Part shown: one piece after another, positions 38,423-50,378 of the stretch | Layout: each line of letters starts with the position of its first letter | Numbering within the stretch: position 1 is the first letter of the stretch | Source: Deltaproteobacteria bacterium | Lineage (GTDB): Bacteria; Myxococcota; Kuafuiibacteriia; Kuafuiibacteriales; Kuafuiibacteriaceae | NCBI GenBank assembly: GCA_040218735.1 | Contig: JAVJQW010000070.1 | Location: 1-64,000, forward strand | Reading direction: 5' to 3' | Length of the DNA: 64,000 bases | Notes under the pieces: model-generated | The model's input: only the letters and a program-made list of their open reading frames with translations | Told to the model about the DNA's origin: nothing | The model's database searches: none | Made by a program: the position numbers and the translations under genes

Positions 38423-39021
38423 GCCGCGCGCACCCGACCTCCCCGCGCTGCGTGGGGTGCCGGATGGTCGTGGGGTACTGCATCTGCGACGCCATCGTCC
38501 CGATCGAGACCGAGACGCGCGTCGTGCTGATCGTCCACTGGATGGAGTGGAACAAGACGACGACCACCTCCGCGCTGCTGAACCGCGTGCTCGTCGACGC
38601 CGAGGTGAAGAAACGTGGCCACCGCGAAGCGCCGCTCGACCTCTCGGAGGTCCTCGACGATCCGACGCGGCGCGCCGTGTTGCTCTACCCCAGCGAGGAC
38701 GCCGTCCCCCTCGACGCCTTCGAACACGACGGCCCCCTGACCCTGATCGTCCCGGACGGCACGTGGCGCCAGGCCCGCAAGGTGCGGTCGCGGGTGCCAC
38801 GCCTCGACACGGTCCCGGCCGTCACGCTCCCGATCGGGGCGGCCTCGGGTTATCGGGTCCGCAAGAACGTCCGGGGGGACTTCGCGCTGTCCACGGCGGA
38901 GGCCGTGGCGCGGGCGCTCGGGATCTTGGAGGGGGCGGCGGTGGAGGCGGCCGTGATGCAGCCGTTCTCGCAGATGGTCGAGCAGACGATGCGGATGCGC
39001 GGCCGTGAACTTCGCGAGTGA
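38419..39021 (+). CDS. tapT: tRNA-uridine aminocarboxypropyltransferase (DTW domain)
   Basis: CxxC..CxC, IVH..E..KTTT, LIVPDGTWRQARK, LSTAEA. Confidence 0.9.
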   Translation: MSRAHPTSPRCVGCRMVVGYCICDAIVPIETETRVVLIVHWMEWNKTTTTSALLNRVLVDAEVKKRGHREAPLDLSEVLDDPTRRAVLLYPSEDAVPLDAFEHDGPLTLIVPDGTWRQARKVRSRVPRLDTVPAVTLPIGAASGYRVRKNVRGDFALSTAEAVARALGILEGAAVEAAVMQPFSQMVEQTMRMRGRELRE

Positions 39022-39749
39022 CACCCGAACGTTTCGAAGGTAGGATATTTACACACGTGGCCGTCACCGGGTTGTCGAAGTACCTGTTCCGTCCGGTCGA
39101 AGACGTCGTCCGCGACCTCTCCGCGCTCCCCGTCGCCGAGCAGGAAGCGACGATCGCCCAGCTCCTGGAGGCCAGCGAGCACACCGCGGAGATCGGCGAA
39201 GTCGCGATGAGCGCCCTCGGGCTCGACGACGGCAAGCTCCTGGAGCTCGCGCTGGAGGAGCCGTGGCGGTCGGGGGTGATCGGGGAGCGCTCCCTGGTCG
39301 GCGTTCGGACCGCGCAGAACGCCGCCGCGACCCTCACGAAGGCGCAGGAGGCGCAGCTTCTCTCCCTCGGCGTCGGCAAACACGACTTCGGGCTGTTCCT
39401 CATGGGGCGCCCGGTCCTCTTCGAGATGCCGGCGGTGACCGATACCCAGGAGGCGCTCGGCGGGTTCGTGAAGCTCACGGACGACGCCATCGCGAGCGGC
39501 ATCATCCTGGTGAAGGACCAGGGTGGCGGCGCCACGTCGTTGTTTGCGTTCCGGAAGCGGACGTTCGAGGTCGCCCGCGCCTTCGACCGCCCCCACGTCG
39601 ACTTCCTCGGCTGTGAGATCAAGAATCATCGCCTAGGAAGGCTTCTGGCTCGCCAGGGGTTCGAACCGGCGACGGTCGACGTCCCCGAAGATCTCGGCGG
39701 GGGCACGATGGCCGTCATGCACAAGCGCTACGATACGAGGGACTCATGA
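39018..39749 (+). CDS. Hypothetical protein (possible toxin-like C-terminal domain)
   Basis: 243-aa ORF coupled at both ends. Confidence 0.6.
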   Translation: MTPERFEGRIFTHVAVTGLSKYLFRPVEDVVRDLSALPVAEQEATIAQLLEASEHTAEIGEVAMSALGLDDGKLLELALEEPWRSGVIGERSLVGVRTAQNAAATLTKAQEAQLLSLGVGKHDFGLFLMGRPVLFEMPAVTDTQEALGGFVKLTDDAIASGIILVKDQGGGATSLFAFRKRTFEVARAFDRPHVDFLGCEIKNHRLGRLLARQGFEPATVDVPEDLGGGTMAVMHKRYDTRDS

Positions 39750-39988
39750 GCTACGACCGCAGACGCTACGAAAAGCTCATAGCCGGCGGCGCCGACGCCG
39801 CGGCGGTCTACCGCGTGGCGCGCGCCGACGGTCTCGCGACCGGCCCCTGCATGCGGCTCCTGCGCGAGCTGTTCGATCTCGGCGTGGGCGACGCGAAGGA
39901 AGTCATGCTGGTCGCCGACGGCGTCGCCGCCTCGCGTGACGCCCACGAAGGCCGCATCGCCGACGCCCTCGAGAAGGCGTTCGACTGA
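39746..39988 (+). CDS. Small hypothetical helical protein (possible immunity protein)
   Basis: ATGA-coupled; LRELFDLGVGDAKEV (L7/L12-CTD-like motif). Confidence 0.6.
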   Translation: MSYDRRRYEKLIAGGADAAAVYRVARADGLATGPCMRLLRELFDLGVGDAKEVMLVADGVAASRDAHEGRIADALEKAFD

Positions 39989-39994
39989 CGCCGC

Positions 39995-42232
<2,238 letters not shown>

Positions 42233-42234
42233 GG

Positions 42235-42870
42235 TCAGGTCAGGTCCGACACGTCACCGGCACCCTCGCGGATGACGACAGGTGCGTCGTCTGACCAGTC
42301 GATGACGCTCGACGACGTCACGGGCACCAGCCCCGCGTCCACCACGACCCCGATCCCCGCGGCTGAAAAGGCCTGAGCGAGCTCGGCGGGATCCGAGATC
42401 GCCCCTTCGTCCTCCCCCGGCGGGATCGCGCTGGTCGACAGCATCGGCCGCCCGAGCGCCTCCACGAGCGCGAGCGCGACCGGGTGGTTCGGCATCCGGA
42501 CGCCGACGGTGCGCCGCTTCGACTGGCCCAGGCGCGGCGCCTCCCGCGTCGCCCGCAGGATGAACGTGTAGGGTCCCGGCAGCACCCGGCGCATGAAGCG
42601 GTGACACTCGTCGTCGACGATCGCGTACTGGCTCACCTGCGACAGGCTCGAACAGATCAGCGACAGCGGCTTCTTCTTGTCGAGTCGACGCATCGAGTAC
42701 ATCCGCTCGACCGCCGCGCGTTCGTCGAGGGCGGCGCCCAACCCGTAGACCGTGTCCGTCGGGTAGATGATGACCTGCCCCGAATCGAGGAGCGCCACCG
42801 CCGACTTCAAGCGGTTCGGCTCCGGCCGTTCGGGGTGCACCTCGACGCGTGTGACTCGTGACTTCGCCAA
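42235..42870 (-). CDS. Sua5/YciO/YrdC family protein
   Basis: IYPTDTVYGLG, KKPLS, PGPYTFIL, VGVRMP, STSA, IREGAG. Start approximate. Confidence 0.9.
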   Translation of the reverse strand: MAKSRVTRVEVHPERPEPNRLKSAVALLDSGQVIIYPTDTVYGLGAALDERAAVERMYSMRRLDKKKPLSLICSSLSQVSQYAIVDDECHRFMRRVLPGPYTFILRATREAPRLGQSKRRTVGVRMPNHPVALALVEALGRPMLSTSAIPPGEDEGAISDPAELAQAFSAAGIGVVVDAGLVPVTSSSVIDWSDDAPVVIREGAGDVSDLT

Positions 42871-42972
42871 GAACGGCGCGGCGTTAGCACACCGTAGGGC
42901 CCGTGGCGAGCCTGCACGACGTCTTGACACAAGGGCCGCCGAATCCCTACAAAGCCTACCTTAGCGGGGACG

Positions 42973-43191
42973 ATGGACGGGCTGGGAGCAATGCTGGAGG
43001 TCATGACGTCGAAGACGACGGCCTCGGAGCGCTACGTCGACCCGACGGTGCGTGTCAGCACCGACCTCCTCCGCGAGGCGAGCCGCCTCTGCCCGGACGC
43101 CGACGCCGACACGGTCGTGCGGCGCGCGCTCGAGGAGTTCATCGAGCGGCAGCGCTTCCTCAGCTGGGTCGCCGCACACGAAGACAGCTGA
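42973..43191 (+). CDS. VapB-like ribbon-helix-helix antitoxin/regulator (orphan)
   Basis: TVRVSTDLLREA..DTVVRRALEEFIER. Confidence 0.55.
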   Translation: MDGLGAMLEVMTSKTTASERYVDPTVRVSTDLLREASRLCPDADADTVVRRALEEFIERQRFLSWVAAHEDS

Positions 43192-43258
43192 CCCGTCGGC
43201 GAACTTGCCTTCGCCACCCCTTGACCCCGACCCCGATCGAGAGTGTTTACGTCGACCC

Positions 43259-44311
43259 ATGCCGGGCGGCCTCACTTACAAAGACGCAGGCGTCGACATC
43301 GAACGCGGTGACGCGCTCGTCGAGCGGATCAAGACCGCCGCGGCGCGAACGCGTGGACCGGAGGTGCTCGAGGGCATCGGCGGGTTCGCGGCGCTCGTTC
43401 AGCTCAAGCCGATCCTCGAGGCGGCCGGCGGCATGGACGACCCGCTGCTGGTCTCCGGCACCGACGGCGTGGGCACCAAGCTCGCCGTCGCGTTCGCGAT
43501 GAACCGGCACGACTTCATCGGGCAGGACCTCGTCGCGATGTGCGTGAACGACGTCCTCACCACGGGCGCCCGCCCGCTGTTCTTCCTCGACTACTTCGCG
43601 ACCGGCGGCCTCGACCTCGACGTCGCGGCTGAGGTCGTCGAAGGCATCGCGCGCGCCTGCACGAACGCTGGGTGCTCCCTGGTCGGCGGCGAGACCGCGG
43701 AGATGCCGGGCCTGTACCAGCCGGGCGAGTACGACCTCGCGGGCTTCGCGGTGGGCATCGTGGATCGGAAGAACCTGATCGCCGGGCAGGACGTGAAGGC
43801 CGGCGACGCGATCGTGGGCGTGGCCTCCACCGGCATTCACAGCAACGGCCTGTCGCTCGCCCGCAAGGTCTTCGTCGACCACGCGGGGCTCGACTACAAG
43901 GACACCGTCGACGAGATCGGCACGACGATCGGCGACGCCCTCCTCGTCCCGACCGCGCTCTACACGGACACCGTCCACCGCATGATCGCGAAGGCGGCCC
44001 CCAAGGCGCTCGCCCACATCACGGGCGGCGGCATCCCCGGCAACCTCCCGCGCGTGCTCCCGGACGCGCTCGGCGCGCGCATCGACAAGTCGACGTTCGC
44101 GGTGCCCGGCATCCTCCGCGCGCTGCAGCGGCTCGGCGGCGTGGACGAAGCCGAGATGTTCTCGACCTTCAACATGGGCCTGGGCCTGATGGCCGTCGTG
44201 GACCCGGCCAACGCAGACGCCGCGGTCGAAGCGGCCCGCGCCGCAGGTCACGAGGCGTCGGTGGTCGGCGAGATCACGGACGTCCCCGGTGTGACGATCG
44301 AAGGAGCCTGA
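43259..44311 (+). CDS. purM: Phosphoribosylformylglycinamidine cyclo-ligase
   Basis: TYKDAGVDI, GTDGVGTK, GGETAEMPG, HITGGG, TFNMG. Confidence 0.97.
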   Translation: MPGGLTYKDAGVDIERGDALVERIKTAAARTRGPEVLEGIGGFAALVQLKPILEAAGGMDDPLLVSGTDGVGTKLAVAFAMNRHDFIGQDLVAMCVNDVLTTGARPLFFLDYFATGGLDLDVAAEVVEGIARACTNAGCSLVGGETAEMPGLYQPGEYDLAGFAVGIVDRKNLIAGQDVKAGDAIVGVASTGIHSNGLSLARKVFVDHAGLDYKDTVDEIGTTIGDALLVPTALYTDTVHRMIAKAAPKALAHITGGGIPGNLPRVLPDALGARIDKSTFAVPGILRALQRLGGVDEAEMFSTFNMGLGLMAVVDPANADAAVEAARAAGHEASVVGEITDVPGVTIEGA

Positions 44312-44314
44312 GCC

Positions 44315-44959
44315 GTGGTGCGAATCGGCGTGCTCGCCTCCGGTTCGGGGACCAACTTCCAGGCGCTCCTCGACGCCGACCTCGGCCCCGGGACGATCGC
44401 CGTCCTAGTCGTGAACAAACCCGGCGCCCAAGCGATCCAACGCGCCGAAGCCGCCGGCGTGCCGCACGTGGTAGTGCCGCACCGCGCGTTCGCGGACCGC
44501 GCCGCGTTCGACGCCCGGCTCGTCGAAGTGCTGCGTGAGCACGACGTCGAGTGGGTCGTCCTCGCGGGGTTCATGCGTGTCCTGACGCCGGTGTTCCTCG
44601 ACGCCTTCGCGCCGCGGGTCGTGAACGTGCACCCCGCGCTGCTGCCGTCGTTCCCCGGCGTGGACGGTCAGCGCCAAGCGCTGGAGGCGGGGGTCGCGAT
44701 CGCGGGGTGTACGGTGCACCTCGTGGACCACGGCGTCGACACCGGCCCCATCCTCGCGCAGGCCGCCGTCGGTGTGCACCCCACGGACGATCTGGACGGG
44801 CTTCGGCGCCGCATCCTCCGCGAAGAGCACCGGCTCCTCCCCGGTGTCGTGCGCGCGATCTGCGAGGGGCGCCTGGTGATGTCACCACGTCCGCACCTCA
44901 CCGGGTTCGACGGGGCGATGTCGTCGCTCGTGAACCCGCCGGTGGGAGATCCGCGGTGA
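44315..44959 (+). CDS. purN: Phosphoribosylglycinamide formyltransferase
   Basis: SGSGTNFQA, LAGFMR, NVHPALLPSF, GCTVHLV..DTGPI. Confidence 0.97.
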   Translation: MVRIGVLASGSGTNFQALLDADLGPGTIAVLVVNKPGAQAIQRAEAAGVPHVVVPHRAFADRAAFDARLVEVLREHDVEWVVLAGFMRVLTPVFLDAFAPRVVNVHPALLPSFPGVDGQRQALEAGVAIAGCTVHLVDHGVDTGPILAQAAVGVHPTDDLDGLRRRILREEHRLLPGVVRAICEGRLVMSPRPHLTGFDGAMSSLVNPPVGDPR

Positions 44960-46449
44960 GTCGGCACTACGACGTCGTGGTGGTGGGCGGGAACACGGCG
45001 GCGGTCGTGGCCGCGGCGCTCCTCGCGAAGCGCGGGATGCGCGGGTTGCTGATCGACCAGGGCGAGCTCGCGTCGACAGACGCCAACCTCCTGCCGGACC
45101 TCGTCCTCTCCGACGAGGCGTCACCGGTGATGCGACACGTCCACTCGGAGCTGGGCGTCGCGGACCAGGTGTCGAAGCGGACGCGTGTAGATCGGCCGCT
45201 GCTCCAGGCGATCTATCCCGACCAGCGCTTCGATCTGTTCGTGGATCCGATCGAGCGTCAGCGCGAGGTCGAGCGGGTCTTCGGCTCCAAGTGCAACGCG
45301 GCGTTGGCGATCACGACCACGCAGATCACGAACGGCGAAGCCGAGGCCGGTCTGTTCCTCGAAGAGGCGGGCGAGCTCCCCGCGACGGGGTTCTTCGGGC
45401 GGCGCGCGTCGGCGAGCGCGCAGCGGAAACACGAGTCGTTGGGGCGGACGATGAGCGTCGGCGCGGCGACGGACGACCTCCCCGTCGAGCTCACGGAGAT
45501 CTTCGTCGCGATGCTGCCGTTCCTCGGTTACTTCGACGCGCGGAGCCCGACCGACGTCACGATGGCGCGTTTCTCGCGCCTCACGGCGCGTTTCATGCGG
45601 GGGCTGTTCGGGCTCCCGGACCGCAGGCCGCTGCGCGAGCTCTTCTTGTCGGTGGCGGAGCAGCGGGCGTTCGAGGTGATGCGTACGGCGGTGGAGTCGA
45701 TCGATCCCAGCGGCAAGGTGGTGAACCTGACGGCGGCGGGTCAGCGCGATCCGATCACGGCGGACGCAGTGATCGACGCGTCGTGGGATCTGTCCGGCCT
45801 CGACACCATCCCCCACAAACGCCAGAAGAAGGACCTCGCGCTCACGCTGCAGAACGCCAAGCCGCGCGGGTTCCTGCACGCGCTCGGCATCGAGGTGGAC
45901 GCCGCCGTCCTCCCGCCCGGGATGGCGGAGCACCTGCTGCTGTTGAACGGCCGCCGCGACCCGGATCGCGTCGACGCCGAGGACCCGGACAGCGCGGACC
46001 GGGCGATCTGGATCTCGCAGCGCCCCGGTCACGCCTCGGAGCGCGTCCAGCTCGTCGCGGCGCAGGCGGTGTCCTCGGTGCGGGCGCACGCGCAAGGTAC
46101 GGACGAGCTCGAAGAGGTCATGCGCGCGCGCATCGAGCGCCTCGCGCCCTTCCTGATGGACGGCGCGCCGGAGTTCTCGTCGCTGTCCGGCCGCGGCGCG
46201 ACGAAGAGTGAGCGCTCGCTCCTGACGCACCCCCTCTACGACCCCGAGCTCGACCCGGTGCTCGGGCTCACCGGCATCAGCATGCGCACGCCCTACAAGC
46301 AGCTGTTCTGTGCGGGGCCCGCGGTCCTCCCGGGGCTCGGCGCGGAGGGCGCCTACCTGTCCGCGCTGCAGGCCGCGGACGCGGCCGAGACGTTGCTCAA
46401 GAAGACGAAGCGCCCGAAGACGCTCGGCGCTCGCCTCAAGGCCGGTTAG
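44956..46449 (+). CDS. FAD-dependent oxidoreductase-like (phytoene desaturase-related)
   Basis: YDVVVVGG Rossmann start; TPYKQLFCAGPAVLPGLG. Confidence 0.75.
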   Translation: MSRHYDVVVVGGNTAAVVAAALLAKRGMRGLLIDQGELASTDANLLPDLVLSDEASPVMRHVHSELGVADQVSKRTRVDRPLLQAIYPDQRFDLFVDPIERQREVERVFGSKCNAALAITTTQITNGEAEAGLFLEEAGELPATGFFGRRASASAQRKHESLGRTMSVGAATDDLPVELTEIFVAMLPFLGYFDARSPTDVTMARFSRLTARFMRGLFGLPDRRPLRELFLSVAEQRAFEVMRTAVESIDPSGKVVNLTAAGQRDPITADAVIDASWDLSGLDTIPHKRQKKDLALTLQNAKPRGFLHALGIEVDAAVLPPGMAEHLLLLNGRRDPDRVDAEDPDSADRAIWISQRPGHASERVQLVAAQAVSSVRAHAQGTDELEEVMRARIERLAPFLMDGAPEFSSLSGRGATKSERSLLTHPLYDPELDPVLGLTGISMRTPYKQLFCAGPAVLPGLGAEGAYLSALQAADAAETLLKKTKRPKTLGARLKAG

Positions 46450-46456
46450 GCCTCGC

Positions 46457-46843
46457 CTACTTCACGGCGATTGCGTCGATCTCGACCTGCGCGCCCGCGG
46501 GCAGCGCCGCCACCGCCACCGCCACGCGCGCCGGCGGCTTCCCGGCGAAGTGCTCGGCGTAGATCGCGTTGACCTTCGGGTAGTCGGCCATGTCCACGAG
46601 GTAGATCGTCGCCTTGACGATGTCCGTCATCTGCATCCCGGCGGCACCGAGGACCGCGGTGAGGTTCTTCATCACGCAGCGCGCCTCGGCCTCGACGCCC
46701 CCCTCCACGATCTTCATCGTGGCCGGGTCGAGCCCGACCTGCCCCGAGCAGTAGAGGGTCTGGGTCGGCTGCTCCACGAGGACGGCCTGGCTGTAGGGGC
46801 CGATGGCGGCGGGGGCGGACGGGGTCGCGATGGTGCGGTTCAT
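46457..46843 (-). CDS. ridA: RidA/YjgF enamine deaminase
   Basis: APAAIGPYSQA, SGQ, PARVAV, VEIDAIA. Confidence 0.93.
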   Translation of the reverse strand: MNRTIATPSAPAAIGPYSQAVLVEQPTQTLYCSGQVGLDPATMKIVEGGVEAEARCVMKNLTAVLGAAGMQMTDIVKATIYLVDMADYPKVNAIYAEHFAGKPPARVAVAVAALPAGAQVEIDAIAVK

Positions 46844-46935
46844 GGGCGGGTCATGCCAGCCGCCCGCCGCGACCGGCAAGCCCGAAAAATCGACGTCGCT
46901 TCGCGAATAAACCGACGCCTCACCAGTAAGGAGGG

Positions 46936-47184
46936 GTGAAGGGAGTGATGACGATGATGATTCGCCAGTACGACGTGCAGGGCCGCTTCTTGGGGATCCC
47001 GTACGACTGGAGGCTGCCGCGGCTGCAGAAGGTGAAGGACCGCGTCTGGAACGAGCGCGGCGCCCTCTTCCCGCCGAAGGTCTTCGGCTGGGGGTGGACC
47101 ATCAACCTGAAGCACCCGGGCGCGAAGTGGCTCTTCGCGGGGCTGTTCGGCCTGATGGCCGTGCTGGCGCTGTTCGTCGGGTGA
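46936..47184 (+). CDS. DUF5808-like small membrane protein
   Basis: GIPYDWR..WN..LFPPKVFGWGWTIN; TAAGGAGG RBS. Confidence 0.75.
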   Translation: MKGVMTMMIRQYDVQGRFLGIPYDWRLPRLQKVKDRVWNERGALFPPKVFGWGWTINLKHPGAKWLFAGLFGLMAVLALFVG

Positions 47185-47696
47185 CGAGCGTGCCAGCGTT
47201 GGCGACGGCGATGGCCGAAGGGCTCGACCGAGACGTCCTCACGGCCGCCACGCGGCGAGGCTTCGTGGCGGCGCTGAGGATCCTGAAGAACCGCGACGAG
47301 GCGGAGGAGGCCTGTCAGGAGGCCGCGGCGAGGGCGTGGGCGGCGCGCGATCGGTACGATCCGTCGCGGCCGTTCTACGCCTGGTACCACCGCATCCTGA
47401 AGAACCTGTGCCTCGACCGCCTCGCTTCGCGGAACAACAAACCCGCGGACCCGGAGGCGGCGGAGCAGCTGCCGAGCGAGGCGACGCAGGAGTCGTCGAT
47501 GCTCGCGGCCGAGGACGAGCGCCGCGTACACGCTGCGATCGAAGCGCTGCCGGAAGACCTGCGCGCGGTGATCGAGCTGCGGCACTTCGAGGACGCGAGC
47601 TACGCGGAGATGGCGGACATCTTGGAGATCCCGATCGGGACCGTGATGAGTCGCCTCTACCGCGCACGCAAGACGCTGAAGGAGGCGCTGTCATGA
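47181..47696 (+). CDS. ECF sigma factor
   Basis: EAEEACQEA, FYAWYHRILKNLCLD, IPIGTVMSRLYRARK. Confidence 0.92.
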   Translation: MTSVPALATAMAEGLDRDVLTAATRRGFVAALRILKNRDEAEEACQEAAARAWAARDRYDPSRPFYAWYHRILKNLCLDRLASRNNKPADPEAAEQLPSEATQESSMLAAEDERRVHAAIEALPEDLRAVIELRHFEDASYAEMADILEIPIGTVMSRLYRARKTLKEALS

Positions 47697-48136
47697 CGGT
47701 CAAAGACGAAGCCTACTTCGAGGCGCTGATGATGAAGGCGGTCGACGGGTTCCTCGATCGCGCGGAGGCGGAGGAGCTGGATCGATGGCTCGCCGCGAAC
47801 CCGGACCGCGCCGCGGAGCTGGAAGAGATGACGTCGATCAAGGAGGTGACGGATCAGATGCGACAACGATTGATGGCCGACGCACGTATCGAGCCCTTCC
47901 GAGAGGACGGCGGCGCCCGCGCGATGTCGTGGCTGCTGTTCACGCTGATCTTCGCGGGGCTCGCGCTGTTGTGCGGGTTCGGCGTGGTGCAGATGTTGTC
48001 GAACCCCGAGGTCCCCGGCGCGGTGCGTTGGGGCGCGGGGCTGGCGACGGCGGGGACCCTCGGGCTGTTCGCTCGGGTGTTGTGGACGCGGATTCGGTCG
48101 TTGGGATCGGATCCGTACGAGGAGATCGATCGATGA
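47693..48136 (+). CDS. Membrane anti-sigma factor
   Basis: VDGFLD..ELDRWL N-terminus, two TM helices, DPYEEIDR end. Confidence 0.75.
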   Translation: MTVKDEAYFEALMMKAVDGFLDRAEAEELDRWLAANPDRAAELEEMTSIKEVTDQMRQRLMADARIEPFREDGGARAMSWLLFTLIFAGLALLCGFGVVQMLSNPEVPGAVRWGAGLATAGTLGLFARVLWTRIRSLGSDPYEEIDR

Positions 48137-48507
48137 GTGCACTGATTCACGCCAAGACCGGCGAAGTGACGGGCATGCGACGCCAGGTCCTGATCGTCAC
48201 GACCGACGAGGCCCCCGGCCGCGAGATCGTCGAAGTCTTCGGTCTCGTCCGCGGCAACACGATCCGCGCGCGCCACCTCGGGCGCGACATCGGCGCGCTG
48301 CTCAAGAACCTCGTCGGCGGCGAGATCCGCGAGTACACCAAGCTCATGGGCGAGAGCCGCGAGCAGGCCCTCGACCGCATGGCCGAGCAGGCGGTCGACC
48401 TCGGCGCCAACGCCGTGGTCGGCGTGCGCTTCACGACGAGCATGCTCATGGGCGGCGCCGCGGAGCTGCTGGCGTACGGGACCGCGGTGAAGCTCGCCGA
48501 GGTTTGA
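48133..48507 (+). CDS. ybjQ: YbjQ/UPF0145 family protein
   Basis: GLVRGNT, LKNLVGGE, GANAVVGVRF, LAYGTAV. Confidence 0.9.
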   Translation: MSALIHAKTGEVTGMRRQVLIVTTDEAPGREIVEVFGLVRGNTIRARHLGRDIGALLKNLVGGEIREYTKLMGESREQALDRMAEQAVDLGANAVVGVRFTTSMLMGGAAELLAYGTAVKLAEV

Positions 48508-48516
48508 GAGCAGCCG

Positions 48517-49275
48517 CTACGCGACGCGACGCGCGCGCGGGTCGCGTTCGCGCGCACGCTTCACGAAAGCGGTCGGCGTGAGGCCGACGAGATCTCGGAA
48601 GTCGGCGATCAGGTGGGCCTGGTCGTAGTAACCAGCCTCCACCGCGACGCGCGCCCAGTCGGCGCAGGTCTCGGCGATTCGTACCGCGCGCTGGAGGCGC
48701 ATCGCGCGCGCGAACGACTTGGGCGACACACCCACGTGCTCGGCGAACACGCGGCGAAGGTGACGCGTCGACACGCCCAGTCGATCCGCAACGTGCTGGA
48801 CGCGGGCGCCGTCCGTCCGGATCGACGTCAAGGCGCGCCGTGCGAGGCGCGCCGACGCGGGCTCGTTCAGTGTGACGCCGCGCCGACGCACGGCCTTGTC
48901 GAACCGCTCGAGCACCTCGGCAGCATCTTCGGCGTGGAGGACGTCGCCCACGAGGTCCTCGCTCTCGGGCCCCCAGAGCGACTCGAGATCCACGAACGTG
49001 TTGGTCAGCGCGCTCGCGGGAACGCCGAGCACCGGGCCCGACCACCCGGGTGCCAGCTCGATCTCGACCGCATGAGAGAAGTGCGTCGCGTCCTTGAGCA
49101 GCGCGCGGGTACGCGGCCCCACGACGGTGATGTCAGCGCGTCGCCCCTGCTCCACCACGCGGAAGATCAGCGCCGTCCTCCCGTCGGGAAGACGGTCGAC
49201 CCGGCTCGCTCGCCCTCGGGTACGGGACACACTTCGCACGGTCCCCACGTATCCGGCGCGCTCGAGCCTCGGCAT
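48517..49275 (-). CDS. AraC-family transcriptional regulator
   Basis: LPDG N-domain; VSTRHLRRVFAEHVGVSPK, GYYDQAHLIADF. Confidence 0.9.
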   Translation of the reverse strand: MPRLERAGYVGTVRSVSRTRGRASRVDRLPDGRTALIFRVVEQGRRADITVVGPRTRALLKDATHFSHAVEIELAPGWSGPVLGVPASALTNTFVDLESLWGPESEDLVGDVLHAEDAAEVLERFDKAVRRRGVTLNEPASARLARRALTSIRTDGARVQHVADRLGVSTRHLRRVFAEHVGVSPKSFARAMRLQRAVRIAETCADWARVAVEAGYYDQAHLIADFRDLVGLTPTAFVKRARERDPRARRVA

Positions 49276-49363
49276 CCCCCAGCATTGTCCTCGCCGCGCC
49301 GCCGAGATTCCAACGTCCGGTTCTTCCAATCGCCGAGACCCCGCGGCGCGGTACCACCCGCCC

Positions 49364-50350
49364 ATGGCACACCACCAACACCCCATCCCCTCCGGCTTCT
49401 CCCCGGCCACGACCGCGGACGAGGTCCTGGCCGGGCTCGACCTGTCCGGCCGAAACATCGTCGTCACCGGGGGACACTCCGGGCTCGGCCTCGAGACGAC
49501 CCGCGCCCTCGCTCGCGCAGGGGCCTCCGTCTTCGTGGCATCGCGCAGTGTCGAACGCGCCGAAGCCGCCGTCGCCCAGCTCGAAGGTCGCGTCGTCGTC
49601 GAACAGCTCGATCTCGTCGACCCCGGCTCCATCGACGCATTCGTGAATCGCTGGCGGGCATCGGAACGCCCCCTCCATGTCCTCGTGAACAACGCGGCCG
49701 CGACGTCGTCGAAGACGGTGGTCCGCGACGAGCGCGGCTACGAGCGTCAGTTCTCGACGAGTCACCTCGGCCACTTCCAGCTCACCCTCGGACTGCGACC
49801 CGCGCTTGTCGCCGCCGACGGGGCACGCGTCGTCATGGTGTCGTCCGGCGCGCAGCGCTTCGGTCGAATCCGCTGGGACGACCCCAACTTCGAGAAGGAG
49901 TACGACGGGTCTGCCGCCTACGGTCAGGCCAAGAAGGCCAACGTGCTCTTCGCGGTGGAGCTGGATCGTCGCTGGGCCGCGGACGGAATTCGAGGCTTCG
50001 CTCTCCATCCTGGGGTTGTCGTCGGCACGACCTTGAACAGCGCCGTCGGCGACGCCGCGTTGCGCTCGATGGGTTTGATCGACGAAGCCGGTCGCCCGAT
50101 CATCGATCCCGAGCGGGGGAAGAAGACCCCTCGCCAAGGCGCCAGCACGATCGTCTTCGCGGCCGCGAGCCCACGCCTCGACGGCTACGGTGGCGTCTAC
50201 CTGCTGAACAGCGACATCTCTCCTCTCGACGACACCTCGAGATCCCTCAGCTCGGATTCGATCCCCGCCGAGGCGACATCCTCGTCTATCGACCCGGACG
50301 CCGCGCGGCGCCTCTGGGTGATGAGCGAGCGGCTCGTCGCCCCGGCCTAG
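49364..50350 (+). CDS. Short-chain dehydrogenase/reductase
   Basis: TGGHSGLG, LVNNA, YGQAK, LHPG. Confidence 0.93.
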   Translation: MAHHQHPIPSGFSPATTADEVLAGLDLSGRNIVVTGGHSGLGLETTRALARAGASVFVASRSVERAEAAVAQLEGRVVVEQLDLVDPGSIDAFVNRWRASERPLHVLVNNAAATSSKTVVRDERGYERQFSTSHLGHFQLTLGLRPALVAADGARVVMVSSGAQRFGRIRWDDPNFEKEYDGSAAYGQAKKANVLFAVELDRRWAADGIRGFALHPGVVVGTTLNSAVGDAALRSMGLIDEAGRPIIDPERGKKTPRQGASTIVFAAASPRLDGYGGVYLLNSDISPLDDTSRSLSSDSIPAEATSSSIDPDAARRLWVMSERLVAPA

Positions 50351-50378
50351 GGCACCCGCGTCGGGATCGCCACCAGCG

